NCBI GenBank assembly: GCA_963695825.1 | Contig: CAVOHX010000009.1 | Location: 133,168 to 197,167, forward strand | DNA from: an uncultured Chloroflexia bacterium | GTDB lineage: Bacteria; Chloroflexota; Anaerolineae; Promineifilales; UBA4811 | Length of the DNA stretch: 64,000 nucleotides | Direction: 5' to 3' | Shown here: positions 25,708 to 36,677 of the stretch, piece by piece | Layout: each line of letters starts with the position of its first letter | How positions within the stretch are numbered: the first letter of the stretch is position 1 | Notes under the pieces: model-generated | What the model was told of the DNA's origin: nothing | The model's database searches: none | What the model saw: the letters and a program-made list of their open reading frames with translations, nothing else | Made by a program: the position numbers and the translations under genes

Positions 25708-25737
25708 ATTCTAAGGCTTTTCGATCTGGGATGTCAA
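25708..25737 (-). promoter_or_regulatory. Candidate sigma70-type promoter for the cbpA-htrA-htrA-eRF1-like gene string (TTGACA-18 nt-TAGAAT on the minus strand).
   Basis: The hexamers were read on the reverse complement. The site lies in an AT-rich spacer about 40 nt upstream of the cbpA ATG. A small palindrome AATCTT-N4-AAGATT sits just upstream. Confidence 0.5.
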
Positions 25738-25768
25738 GGCCATTTGATTGAATCTTATAAAAGATTTA

Positions 25769-26653
25769 TCATTCTTCATACTGCACCGAGTATACCAGGA
25801 TAGTATTGCATCCCTCGTCGTGCCAATCACCCCGGTACTGACCGTCAGGTTCATAGATCTTGATCTTGCTGATTTCCTGCCCCGTGATACGCACCTGGTT
25901 TCCACTTTCAATGGATTTGAGCTGCTGGAAAACCTCCTCGTTGGCAGGAACTGTGTGAAGCAGGTTTATGCGGCCGTCGGGCCGGGCGGACGCCTCCGAG
26001 TACCAAGTGAAGCGATGGTTGCTGACGCTGGTGCTGACCACCTTTGGGTCGGCGTACTCGCCCGCCGTGACCAAAATGTCATGGGTAAGGATGCGAAGAT
26101 TGCCAATGCGGATTGGTGAAGCATGGCGCACCAGGCCGGCGAATGTTGACTCGTCTCGGCGCTCAAAGATGATTTCCCAATTATAATCGTCCGATTGGAC
26201 CTGATCAAATGATTCCGAGATGGTCAGACTGTCAAAATCTGGACCGCGTAGCCCAAAAAAGTTACTGCGCGGAAGGGAATAGACCAGAGTTCCGACCATG
26301 ATCACCACCACCAGCGCCGCAAACAACCAGGTGGCGGTCGCTACGCAACTCTGCCCGCTGGAGGCGCGTCCATGCCGGCCGCCGCCGGCCGGCGGCTCGC
26401 CAGCACCTCCGAGCATGCGGTCGAGCGTGATCCTGGCGTCCTGATCATCGGGATTGATCCGAAGGATATGCTGCAGGCAACGGATCTTTTCCTCGCGAGA
26501 CTCGGCAATCTCACATGCCCAATTCCAGGCTGCCAGATTATCGGGGTCAGCCCGCACTATCTGGGACAAAAGCGCACGCGCCCGGCCGCGGTCGCCCTGT
26601 TGCAGCGAAGCGATAGCGGCCGGTAGTTGCGGGGAGCTATCTCGAGCTTTCAT
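25769..26653 (-). CDS. Hypothetical single-pass membrane protein with an N-terminal TPR-like segment, one TM helix and an uncharacterised C-terminal domain.
   Basis: The ATG at 26653 overlaps the upstream stop (ATGA). TPR-like segment LQQGDRGRARALLSQIVRADPDNLAAWNWACE. TM helix WLFAALVVVIMVGTLVYSL. Confidence 0.6.
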   Translation of the reverse strand: MKARDSSPQLPAAIASLQQGDRGRARALLSQIVRADPDNLAAWNWACEIAESREEKIRCLQHILRINPDDQDARITLDRMLGGAGEPPAGGGRHGRASSGQSCVATATWLFAALVVVIMVGTLVYSLPRSNFFGLRGPDFDSLTISESFDQVQSDDYNWEIIFERRDESTFAGLVRHASPIRIGNLRILTHDILVTAGEYADPKVVSTSVSNHRFTWYSEASARPDGRINLLHTVPANEEVFQQLKSIESGNQVRITGQEISKIKIYEPDGQYRGDWHDEGCNTILVYSVQYEE

Positions 26654-27399
26654 CCACCCGCCTCTTGATCTTGGCGTTGAGTCCAACCGGAGGTCCGCTC
26701 CACGGCTCGAAACAGGTTGACCTGAGCGCGGGGGGCTATCTTTTTGGCGTTGCGGAGCAGTTGCTTGATCTGGCTGCGCTTTGAGTGGTCGGCGTGGGGG
26801 CAGCAGGATGCGGCGCGCCAGAAACTGGCCGCGCGTGCATAGTACACGATGTCCTTTTCCTCAATCAGGGCGAGCGGCCGGATTATCGTGATCATCCCAT
26901 CGAATACTCTTTGCCGCGGCGCGATGGCTTCGAACCGGCCGTGGAAAAAAGGTTGAGCAGGGTGGTTTCCGCAATGTCGTCCGCGTGGTGTCCCAGCGCA
27001 ACTTTGTTGCAGCCAAGCTCTACTGCGGCTGTGAACAGCGCCTTGCGCCGGTTCCGACTGCAGCGAAAGCAAACCAACGACGCCACTTCTTCTGGCGCCA
27101 ACTCGAGAGGAGGAATGGCGTGTTGCAGATCGAGGCCCTGGAAAAGCGTTTCCATCAAAACACAGGTATCGGCCGCTTCAGGCCACGCGGACTCGATGTT
27201 CACGTGCACCGCTGATAGGTCGTAGTGGAAAGTGGCAAATGAATACCACCGGTGAAGCAAGCGCAAGAGGGTCTGGCTGTCCTTGCCCTCCCGAGACGCC
27301 CACCGCGATGCGATCCCCATCCTCAATCAGCCCATAGGTCCGATTGGCCTTGCGCACACTCTTGAGCATAAAGCCGGCAATGCGCTCAGGTTTTTGCAT
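26650..27399 (-). CDS. ttcA: PP-loop ATPase of the TtcA/tRNA 2-thiocytidine biosynthesis type. Two frame breaks near 27287 and 26947.
   Basis: Removing a G restores the PP-loop VGVSGGKDSQTLL. Adding a T to a T6 run restores LLNLFFHGRFEAIAPRQ. Motifs also include CFRCSRNRRKALF, GHHADDIAET and a CCPH cysteine motif. Confidence 0.78.
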
Positions 27400-27674
27400 T
27401 GGGTCATTTATACATCGCCTGGCGGTTCCTGACAACTGACGGCCGGCGCCTCTTACAGCGGCGGCTGGGGGTCATGCTAGTGTTACTGCTTCAGACTCGC
27501 TGCGCACCGGCTATCTTACTTGGACAAAGTAGCGCGACCACAGCGGCGGCGCTATTTGCCGGCCGACGGCGACGGAGGTATAAAGGTATGGTGCTGTCCC
27601 ATGCGCGAGGGCTTGAGCTCCGGTCGGGCGGTCCGACCGTCGAGCTGGCGCCAGATGACGTGAAAGGAAGCGAG

Positions 27675-28820
27675 ATGTCGACGCTGACGGCCGAGGCGAC
27701 AAAAGATGTGCTGACAATGTTCCTGCAGCCGTGGCACGAGTCGCTGGCTGATCCGGCCGCAACTCAGGGTCAGGTACTGGAGCGCCTACTCGAGGGGTAC
27801 CGGATGACCGAGTACGGTGAGCGATGCGGTGCCTCGGCCGTGCAGACGGTCCAAGATTATCGGCGCGCGTTCCCCGCCACGACCTACGAAGGATACCGAC
27901 CGCTCATTCAGGAGGCGATGGAGACCGGTCAGGGGGCGCTGTTGTACGAGGCGCCGTTGGCGTGGGCCATTACCCGCGGCACCACCAAAGGGGAGTCCAA
28001 GTTCATCCCCATGACGCCAACGGATGTGAGGATGCGAACCAGCGCCGGCCGAGCGATCATGAACTATGTGCTCCGGACCTCCAAGTACGAGGTGCTCCAG
28101 GGGGTGAACCTGAATCTGAACTTTCCCTCCGTGGTCGGGACCATGCAGGTTGGAGATAAAGAGATCGAGTACGGCTATAGTTCTGGCATCTACCTCAAGC
28201 ACACTACGTCGTCGCTCATTCGCTCGGTGCCCACCCAGGACGAGATTGATGGGTTGGGCGGCGGCAAGAGCATCGCCGACTGGGAGTGCCGCTTTGAGCT
28301 CGCGTATGCCAAGGGCGAACACGAACCGGTCACCTTTGTCGGAGGGGTGGCGCCGACTGCCGTCTCTTTTGGTCGATATCTTTATCAGGCCCACAAGGTC
28401 TATCCCAAGGACTGTTGGGGGATTTACGTGATGACTCTGGGCAGCGTGCCGGGCATCAACACCCGGTACGCGGCTGTTCTTCGCGCCCTGTACGGACCCA
28501 AGGTGGATGTGGTCGAGATCTATGGCGCCACCGAGGGGATGTTTGGGCAGCAGATGGACGACAAGCGGGCCTGGGCGCCAAATTACGACCTGTTTTTCTT
28601 TGAAGTGGAGACGCGCCGAGGGGTCATCATGCTCCACGAGATGCGGCCGGGCGAGGTGGGCAGCCTGATTGTCTCCACCCCGATCTTGCCGCGCTACAAG
28701 ATAGGCGACCTGATCCGCGCGTTCCAGCCGCCGTACTTTCGCTGTATTGGGCGTGACCAGCCCTTCACCCGGCTGCGCTATTGGTGGGACACGCTGGTGA
28801 TGTGGGACTTTCGGTTGTGA
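27675..28820 (+). CDS. GH3-family-like (adenylate-forming) protein, shorter than typical family members.
   Basis: GAAAGGAAG RBS precedes the ATG at 27675. GH3-like blocks are present: ITRGTTKGESKFIPMT, YSSGIY, IYGATEGMFG. Confidence 0.6.
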   Translation: MSTLTAEATKDVLTMFLQPWHESLADPAATQGQVLERLLEGYRMTEYGERCGASAVQTVQDYRRAFPATTYEGYRPLIQEAMETGQGALLYEAPLAWAITRGTTKGESKFIPMTPTDVRMRTSAGRAIMNYVLRTSKYEVLQGVNLNLNFPSVVGTMQVGDKEIEYGYSSGIYLKHTTSSLIRSVPTQDEIDGLGGGKSIADWECRFELAYAKGEHEPVTFVGGVAPTAVSFGRYLYQAHKVYPKDCWGIYVMTLGSVPGINTRYAAVLRALYGPKVDVVEIYGATEGMFGQQMDDKRAWAPNYDLFFFEVETRRGVIMLHEMRPGEVGSLIVSTPILPRYKIGDLIRAFQPPYFRCIGRDQPFTRLRYWWDTLVMWDFRL

Positions 28821-28838
28821 TCAACCAATAGTCGATGG

Positions 28839-29273
28839 TCAGCGCGGCCGCTGAAAAAAGGCCTGAAACAGGATCGAAAATCCTACCGCGATCAGGATTA
28901 GAGGCCACAGCATCACATCCGTCAGGGCGCTGATGCCAAGGATTATCAAGATGGTCGCCAGGACGATCCGGCCGCGCAAGGGTTGCGCATGAGAGGGCAC
29001 GAGCAGCCGGATGACAATCTCGGCCCCGATCAACACGCCGGCGCCCAGCAGGATGGCGCCCCACACGTTGCCCCAATCGAGCCAATCCAAGAACGTCAGG
29101 TCGAGGGTCACCAGGAGAAACATGGCGCCGGCCCAGATCAGGATCAGCGCCCAAATGCTCCCCCCAAGCGCATCGCGACGCCAGTCTTTTTCACCCCATC
29201 CTTTTTCTTCGGGGCCCTTTTCCGCCCGTTTTTCTTCTTGCTTTTCCTCTGCTTTTTCGTCTTGGTACGCCAT
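28839..29273 (-). CDS. Hypothetical membrane protein (144 aa) with a charged Lys/Glu-rich N-terminus and 3-4 TM helices.
   Basis: AGGAAAGGAG precedes the ATG at 29273. The hydrophobic segments were read directly. I recognise no family. Confidence 0.5.
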   Translation of the reverse strand: MAYQDEKAEEKQEEKRAEKGPEEKGWGEKDWRRDALGGSIWALILIWAGAMFLLVTLDLTFLDWLDWGNVWGAILLGAGVLIGAEIVIRLLVPSHAQPLRGRIVLATILIILGISALTDVMLWPLILIAVGFSILFQAFFQRPR

Positions 29274-29445
29274 GTCGTCTCCTTTCCTGCTCACGATCAC
29301 CCGTCCCATTATACTCGATTTTCTGAAACTGATGACATTCGTCCCGCCGAGTCCGGAGTCATGACAATTACCCGGCGGTGGGTTCCGGATGAGAATACCC
29401 GCACACGATCGTGATTCACCTGGTGCAACTGCAGAAGGAACCGTG

Positions 29446-30645
29446 ATGAACTCGCGAGAACTCATCGCCTTGGAAAACCAATATGGTGCTCAGAACTACC
29501 GTCCCCTGGATGTGGTCATCGACCGCGCGGAAGGGGTGTGGGTCTATGATGTGGATGGGAAGCGATACCTCGACTGTTTGAGCGCCTACTCGGCCGTCAA
29601 CCAGGGGCACTGCCACCCGCGCATCGTGCGCGCCCTCCAGGAGCAGGCTGAGAGGGTGACGCTGACGTCGAGAGCCTATCGCAATGCCCAATTGGGCCTG
29701 TTCGAAAAAGAGCTTTGCGAGCTGACCGGATACGAGATGGCGTTGCCAATGAACTCGGGCGCTGAAGCGGTAGAGACGGCCCTCAAGGCGGCGCGAAAAT
29801 GGGGTTATCGCGTCAAAGGGGTGCCGATCGATCAGGCGGAGATCATTGTATGCGAGGGCAACTTTCACGGCCGGACGATCACTGTTGTTGGTTTCTCGTC
29901 CAATCCCGAATACCGGAATGGGTTTGGCCCCTTTACTCCCGGCTTTAGAATGGTCCCATTTGGGGACGCAGAGGCGTTGAGAGCGACCATCACGCCCAAT
30001 ACGGTAGCCTTTCTCGTAGAACCCATCCAGGGAGAAGGGGGCGTGATTGTGCCGCCTGATGGTTACCTTTGGGAGGCGGCTGAACTCGCCCGCGAGCACC
30101 AGTTTCTGCTCATGACGGACGAGATCCAATCCGGGCTCGGTCGTGCGGGTAAACTGTTCGCGCATCATTATGACAACGTGCGCCCTGACGTGGTGATGTT
30201 GGGCAAGGCGTTGACTGGTGGCGTCTATCCCGTATCAGCGGTGGTGTCGGATCGCCAAGTGCTTGGCCTCTTTACTCCAGGTGAACACGGCAGCACCTTT
30301 GGCGGCAACCCGCTGGGGGCGGCCGTGGCGCGCGAGGCGCTGCGTGTGCTGGTGGAGGAAGGGCTATTCGAGCGCTCGGCCGATCTGGGAGCCTATTTCT
30401 TGGGCAGGTTGCAGAGACTCGAGAGTCCCTTGATCAAGGAGGTGCGCGGGCGGGGGCTCTTTATTGGGCTGGAACTTGATCCCCAAGCTGGCGGCGCGCG
30501 GCGCTATTGCGAGTTGCTGAGCGACCGCGGTCTGCTATGCAAGGAGACCCGAGTGCACACCATCCGCCTGACCCCGCCCCTGGTAATCACCAGGGAAGAG
30601 ATCGACTGGGCGATGCAGCGGATCGCTGACGTGCTAGACGGGTAG
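29446..30645 (+). CDS. rocD: Ornithine--oxo-acid aminotransferase (class III PLP aminotransferase).
   Basis: N-terminal [61 protein letters not shown] and LGKALTGG (PLP lysine) are collinear with RocD/OAT. Confidence 0.88.
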   Translation: MNSRELIALENQYGAQNYRPLDVVIDRAEGVWVYDVDGKRYLDCLSAYSAVNQGHCHPRIVRALQEQAERVTLTSRAYRNAQLGLFEKELCELTGYEMALPMNSGAEAVETALKAARKWGYRVKGVPIDQAEIIVCEGNFHGRTITVVGFSSNPEYRNGFGPFTPGFRMVPFGDAEALRATITPNTVAFLVEPIQGEGGVIVPPDGYLWEAAELAREHQFLLMTDEIQSGLGRAGKLFAHHYDNVRPDVVMLGKALTGGVYPVSAVVSDRQVLGLFTPGEHGSTFGGNPLGAAVAREALRVLVEEGLFERSADLGAYFLGRLQRLESPLIKEVRGRGLFIGLELDPQAGGARRYCELLSDRGLLCKETRVHTIRLTPPLVITREEIDWAMQRIADVLDG

Positions 30646-31596
30646 TCTGTCCGTGTTGCCTTGCCCCTGGCCCCGTACCTGGGCTTGGTCGCCTTGATGT
30701 TTCAACAGTTCTGAGAGAGGGAGCGCGTTCCCGCCCACCCACACATGCGGGTCGATGGAGCGCTGCTTGATCGGCCGCAACGGGACAAAGCTCTCCACCT
30801 CGGCTATTGGTGGGTGCTCCAGCTTATTGAACAGCGCAGTGATGCGTGCATCACCAGACCCCCGTAGTTTGCGCTCTACCTCGTCGTCCGTCCCCATCAG
30901 ATCATCACGATCGATCACACCGCTTTCCAGGCCAATCTCGATGGCTTGGGCCAGCGACTCGTACAAGTAATTCTCCAACTGGCTGGCCCACCAGGTGTCG
31001 TTCATGTGCTGGAACAGCGTGCCAAAGCGGCCGCCGGCCGCCGGTGACTGCATCACGATCTTGCCCTTGTGAACGAGCAGATCATCAAGGATTCCCTGGG
31101 CTCCGGCGGCCGAGATCTCGCCGACGGCGATCGCATCGCGCAACGAATAGTCGATACGATCGGCGCAGAGCGCGGGCAGGGGCTGCTCCAGCAGGGTGTA
31201 CTGGTGCTCTGCCAGCATGTCTGGGACAGCGTACCCCAATTCCTCTATCGCCGTGCGGATATCGGGCCGGAGCAAAAAGCGCTCCTTGAGTTGTTCGTGA
31301 AGATCCTGCTCTTGCGAATACCAAACAATGTCCACCACGTGGGAAAAGGCCAGGTGGCTGATATCGTGCAGCAGCCCGGCGATTTGCTCTTGCTCGGAGG
31401 CCTGGAGACGTCGCAGCAGCAGGTAGACGCCAAGCGAGTGTTCGAAACGGGTGACGGTCTTGCAGAGGTGGGCGTACTTGGAGGCGCCTGACTGGCTGAT
31501 ACCGCGCAGGCGCTGAAAGGTGGGACACTCCACCAGCCGGTTGACCCGAGGGTCAAGAGTCCAGGCGCCGTAAAGAGAGTCGTTGTAGGTGTGCAC
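30634..31596 (-). CDS. HD-domain phosphohydrolase of the SAMHD1/COG1078 dNTP triphosphohydrolase-like type.
   Basis: Motifs present: [31 protein letters not shown]. Confidence 0.7.
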   Translation of the reverse strand: MHTYNDSLYGAWTLDPRVNRLVECPTFQRLRGISQSGASKYAHLCKTVTRFEHSLGVYLLLRRLQASEQEQIAGLLHDISHLAFSHVVDIVWYSQEQDLHEQLKERFLLRPDIRTAIEELGYAVPDMLAEHQYTLLEQPLPALCADRIDYSLRDAIAVGEISAAGAQGILDDLLVHKGKIVMQSPAAGGRFGTLFQHMNDTWWASQLENYLYESLAQAIEIGLESGVIDRDDLMGTDDEVERKLRGSGDARITALFNKLEHPPIAEVESFVPLRPIKQRSIDPHVWVGGNALPLSELLKHQGDQAQVRGQGQGNTDRLPV

Positions 31597-31619
31597 CGGC
31601 GGCCCGAGTCAGCGCCCCG

Positions 31620-32504
31620 CTAGAGCTTGGGAAGCACGATTTCCTGTTGGCGCTGGTACTTGCCCTTTTTGTCCGCGTACGAGACGCTGCACTCTTGGTC
31701 GGCCACAAAAAAGAGCACCTGGGCAATTCCCTCGTTGGCGTAAATCTTGGCCGGCAACGGGGTGGTGTTTGAGATCTCGAGGGTGACAAAACCCTCCCAT
31801 TCGGGTTCGAACGGCGTGACATTGACGATGATGCCACAGCGCGCGTAGGTGCTCTTGCCGACGCAGACTGTGAGCACGCTGCGCGGGATGCGAAAATACT
31901 CGATGGTCCGGGCCAGGGCAAAAGAGTTGGGTGGGATGATGCACTCGATTCCGCGAAAATCGACAAACGATTGCGGGTCAAAGTTCTTGGGGTCCACGAT
32001 GATCGACTTGGTCGATTTCAGGTGATCCAGCACGGCCGCGGCCGCGCTCTGTTTGTCGGTCAGGTAGGGAAAGACCTGGGACAGGATGTACTGGATGTCG
32101 GCCGGACGGGAAACGAGCAGCTCATAGTGGGTTTTTGCGCCCAGCGGCTGTTCGCTAATCCGGCCCGTGCCCACCACCGCACGGACGTTTTCGAGCAGCG
32201 GCCGGTTGGCGCTACCAAACGCGAGCCGCGCAGTCTGAAACCCCTCTGGAGTGGGCGGCATGACGCCGACATAGCCCTGCCCGTCGATCAGCCCGGCGAC
32301 ATAGCCGCGCTGCATGTCCGAGAGCTTGGCGGCCGTAATCTCGGGTTGAAAGATCTTGAATTCATCTGCCACGCGGATGTCATAGCCATAGGAAGACACC
32401 CCGTACGAGATTACGCCATCCCGAATCTGTCCCTCCACAAAGGGTTCGATCATGCCGTGCTCCAACGCCATCTCTCTTATCCAGCGATCTGGTTGCAGTC
32501 CCAT
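31620..32504 (-). CDS. dcd: dCTP deaminase with an in-frame insertion of about 108 residues that has a LAGLIDADG-endonuclease fold.
   Basis: The flanks match short-form Dcd almost residue for residue: [15 protein letters not shown]...[15 protein letters not shown] on one side, and [15 protein letters not shown]...[51 protein letters not shown]...YADKKGKYQ on the other. The insert contains [11 protein letters not shown]. Confidence 0.85.
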   Translation of the reverse strand: MGLQPDRWIREMALEHGMIEPFVEGQIRDGVISYGVSSYGYDIRVADEFKIFQPEITAAKLSDMQRGYVAGLIDGQGYVGVMPPTPEGFQTARLAFGSANRPLLENVRAVVGTGRISEQPLGAKTHYELLVSRPADIQYILSQVFPYLTDKQSAAAAVLDHLKSTKSIIVDPKNFDPQSFVDFRGIECIIPPNSFALARTIEYFRIPRSVLTVCVGKSTYARCGIIVNVTPFEPEWEGFVTLEISNTTPLPAKIYANEGIAQVLFFVADQECSVSYADKKGKYQRQQEIVLPKL

Positions 32505-32559
32505 GTTGCTCCATTCAGGTGTGTGTAGGGTGGTAGGCAGTGCGCCTGCGCTTGGCAGG

Positions 32560-34252
32560 CTACATGCGATCTGGTGCGTTCATTCCCATCAGGTTCAGCG
32601 TGCGAGCGAGGATGATCTGGGCCGCCTGTACCAGCCTGAGGCGGACGGCCGTCTCCCCGGCCTTCACCCCGGGCTCCCCGCTCTTGCGCGGCAGGACCCG
32701 GCAATCGCGGTAAAAGATGCTGAAATGGTTGGCCAATTCCTGCGCGTAATAGGTGAGGTGGTGGGGCGCGAGGTTGACGGCCGCCATCTCGATCACCGCG
32801 CTCAGGTCCACCATCTTGCGAATGAGTGCAAGCTCGGCCGGGTGAGTCGAGCAAGCTCACGTCACCTCCCTCGGCGCTGTACCCACGCTCCATTGCCTCG
32901 CGCAGGATGCTTGCGATGCGCGCGTGGGCGTACTGGACATAGTAGACTGGGTTACGATCCGACTGCTCTTTGGCAAGCTCGACGTCAAACTCCATCTGGC
33001 TGTCGGCCGCGCGTGAGAGCAGGGTAAAGCGGACGGCGTCGGCGCCTACTTCGTCGATCAGCTCACGCAGCTCGACGATGGTTCCTGCTCGTCGTGACAG
33101 CCTGAGGTCCTCACCACCCATCTTGATGGTCACCAGTTGGTACACGATTAGCGTCAGCCGGTCTGGATCCAGTCCCAGCGCCTGCATCATCGCCTTCATC
33201 CGTGGAACGTGGCCCTGGTGATCAGCTCCCCAGACGTCGATCACCCAATGGTGGCCCCGCTCGACAAACTTGTTGTAGTGGTAGGCAATGTCAGAGGCAA
33301 AATAGCCCGGTTGGCCGTTTGAGCGGATGATCACCTCGTCCTTGAGTTGATCGTCGTATTTTGAGGCGGTGAACCAAATGGCGCCGTCCCGCTCAACCAG
33401 CGCATTCCTTAGGCGGAGGATGGACATAATGGTCTCGAACTGACCTTCCTGGTAAAGACTCGTCTCGTGGAACCAGTTGTCATAATCGATCCCAAGATCC
33501 GCACAGTCCTTGCGGGCCCGTGAAAGCACCTTGTCCTCCAGGCCGATATTCCTGATCGCCTTGAGCGCCTCGTCGCGCGGCGTCTCCAGATAGGTCCGGT
33601 CGTGCTCGGCGGCGATCTCTTGTCCCCATTGGACCAGGTAATCGCCCTGATAACCGCCGTCTGGCACCTGAACATCGTGGCCCAAGGCCTGAGCATAGCG
33701 GGCAAAGATGCTCTCAGCCAACAGGTCCATCTGGTTTCCAGCATCATTGACATAATACTCCCGCTGCACCTGGTATCCGGCGGCCGCCAACACGTTGGCA
33801 ATGCCGTCGCCCAAAACCAGGTTGCGCCCGGTGCCCATGTGCAAAGGACCTGTCGGGTTGGCGCTGCCATACTCGACCTGGACCCGTTTGTCATCCCCCA
33901 GATTGATGTCCGCATAGGTACCGCCCTGGTCCAGGACTGCGTTCACCTGCGTCTGCAACCAATCGGTTGCCAGGGTCAGGTTGATAAACCCAGGATGTGA
34001 GACGGTGATCTCCCCAATATAGTCGGTAGGGGGGAAGCGTTTTACCACCTGGGCCGCGATGTCCATGGGGGGCATCTTGGCCAGGCGCGCCATGGCAAGG
34101 CAGACGGGGGTGGCATAGTCTCCGAACTCGGCCGATTTTGGTCGCTCGATGACTATCTCGGGGATATCGAACCGCGGCAGGTCTTTTTTCTTTTGCGCCT
34201 TGCGGATGGCCTGATGGATCTGCTGCGAAAGATCATGTTGGATTCGAGGCAT
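32560..34252 (-). CDS. argS: Arginine--tRNA ligase, with one frame break near 32848.
   Basis: The class I motif region includes [11 protein letters not shown]. The anticodon-binding tail ORF (32560-32814) ends ...NAPDRM. The join reads ...LLDSP|[12 protein letters not shown]. Confidence 0.9.
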
Positions 34253-34296
34253 GATCGCTCCTTGAACGATTGGCCGCCAGCAGCGGGTGGCTGGTT

Positions 34297-35568
34297 TTAA
34301 TCACCGCTTCGCCGTCTGGCGGCCGACCGATGGACTTGGGACACTCGGCATGGGCGCCGCTGCGCGTCAGAGGGCCCTTGGTCGTCCAGTGCGGCTACGC
34401 CGGGCAGGGTTTTGCCTTCCAGGAACTCGAGGCTGGCGCCGCCGCCGGTCGATATGTGGGACATGGCGGATGCGAGCCCTAGTTGGGCCACGGCGGCGGC
34501 CGAGTCGCCGCCACCGATGATGGTCACGCCGCCGGCCGCGGTGATGTCGGCGAGCAGTTGGGCAATGGCCAGCGTGCCGGCCGCAAATCGGGGGAACTCG
34601 AAAACGCCCATGGGGCCGTTCCAGACAACCGTCCGCGCACCCGCCAGCGCCCGAGCGAAACGTTCGACGGTGGCGTTGCCGATGTCCATGATGCGCCATC
34701 CAGGTGGAATCTCGCTGGCCGGCACCGTCATCGCGTCGGCCGAGGCATCGAACGCGTCGGCAATGACGACGTCGTCTGGCAGCACCAGCTTTTCGCCAGC
34801 GCGCCCCAGCAGTTCGCTCGCCATCTCCACCCGATCATCCTCGACCAGCGAGTCGCCGACCTCCAGACCTTGCGCCTTGAGGAAGGTGTTTGCCATGCCG
34901 CCGCCGACCAGCAGGCGGTCCACCCGGCCGAGCAAACTCTCCATGACGTCAATCTTGCCCGAAACCTTGGCGCCGCCGATGATGGCGACAAAGGGGCGCT
35001 CCGGGCTTTCCAAGGCGCTGCCCAGATAGGTCAGCTCCTTTTCCATTAGGAACCCGGCTACCGCTGGTCTCCCCTTGGCTCTCATTACCCGCGCCACCCC
35101 TTCGGTGCTGGCGTGGGCGCGGTGGGCCGAACCAAAGGCGTCATTGACATAAACGTCGGCAAGCGCCGCCAGTTGCGCCGCCAGCTCGGGATGGTTCTTT
35201 GTCTCGCCGCTCTCAAAGCGGGTGTTCTCGAGCAAAAGCACCTGGCCCGGCTTGAGCGCCGCCGTCGCGGCGGTCGCCTCTGGGCCGGCGACCGTATTTG
35301 CCATGATGACCGGCCGATCCAACAGCTCGCCCAGGCAGTTGGCTACGGGGTCTAGAGATAACGCCGGATCGATTCCTTTTGGCCGGCCGAGGTGAGAACA
35401 GAGGATCAATGCCGCTCCTCGATCAAGCAGGTAGTTGAGCGTCGGCAGGGCGGCAACGATGCGCGTATCGTCAGAGACCCGGCCGTCCTGGAGCGGCACG
35501 TTGAAATCGACGCGCACGAGCACCCGTTGCCCTTGGACGTTGAGGTCGCGGATAGTCTGTTTCAGCAT
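34297..35568 (-). CDS. pgk: Phosphoglycerate kinase. It carries an atypical C-terminal extension of about 28 residues that could be an undetected indel artefact.
   Basis: [33 protein letters not shown] and [20 protein letters not shown] are present. A non-conserved tail follows. Confidence 0.9.
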   Translation of the reverse strand: MLKQTIRDLNVQGQRVLVRVDFNVPLQDGRVSDDTRIVAALPTLNYLLDRGAALILCSHLGRPKGIDPALSLDPVANCLGELLDRPVIMANTVAGPEATAATAALKPGQVLLLENTRFESGETKNHPELAAQLAALADVYVNDAFGSAHRAHASTEGVARVMRAKGRPAVAGFLMEKELTYLGSALESPERPFVAIIGGAKVSGKIDVMESLLGRVDRLLVGGGMANTFLKAQGLEVGDSLVEDDRVEMASELLGRAGEKLVLPDDVVIADAFDASADAMTVPASEIPPGWRIMDIGNATVERFARALAGARTVVWNGPMGVFEFPRFAAGTLAIAQLLADITAAGGVTIIGGGDSAAAVAQLGLASAMSHISTGGGASLEFLEGKTLPGVAALDDQGPSDAQRRPCRVSQVHRSAARRRSGD

Positions 35569-35632
35569 GTTGTCACCAATTGACATAAACGAGGAGCAGG
35601 AGCCTGCATGCCGCTCTCTATGACCGCCGGAA

Positions 35633-36652
<1,020 letters not shown>

Positions 36653-36677
36653 TCATCGCTCCTTGTGATGCATAGCG

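Noticed and set aside
32025-32348. A canonical intein or a group I intron inside dcd.
   Set aside because: The junctions lack the Cys/Ser/Thr nucleophile and the terminal His-Asn. No Hint blocks are visible. The insert is only about 108 residues and stays in frame on both sides, so it is too small for an intron-plus-ORF or a full intein. I report it instead as a retained LAGLIDADG-fold insertion.
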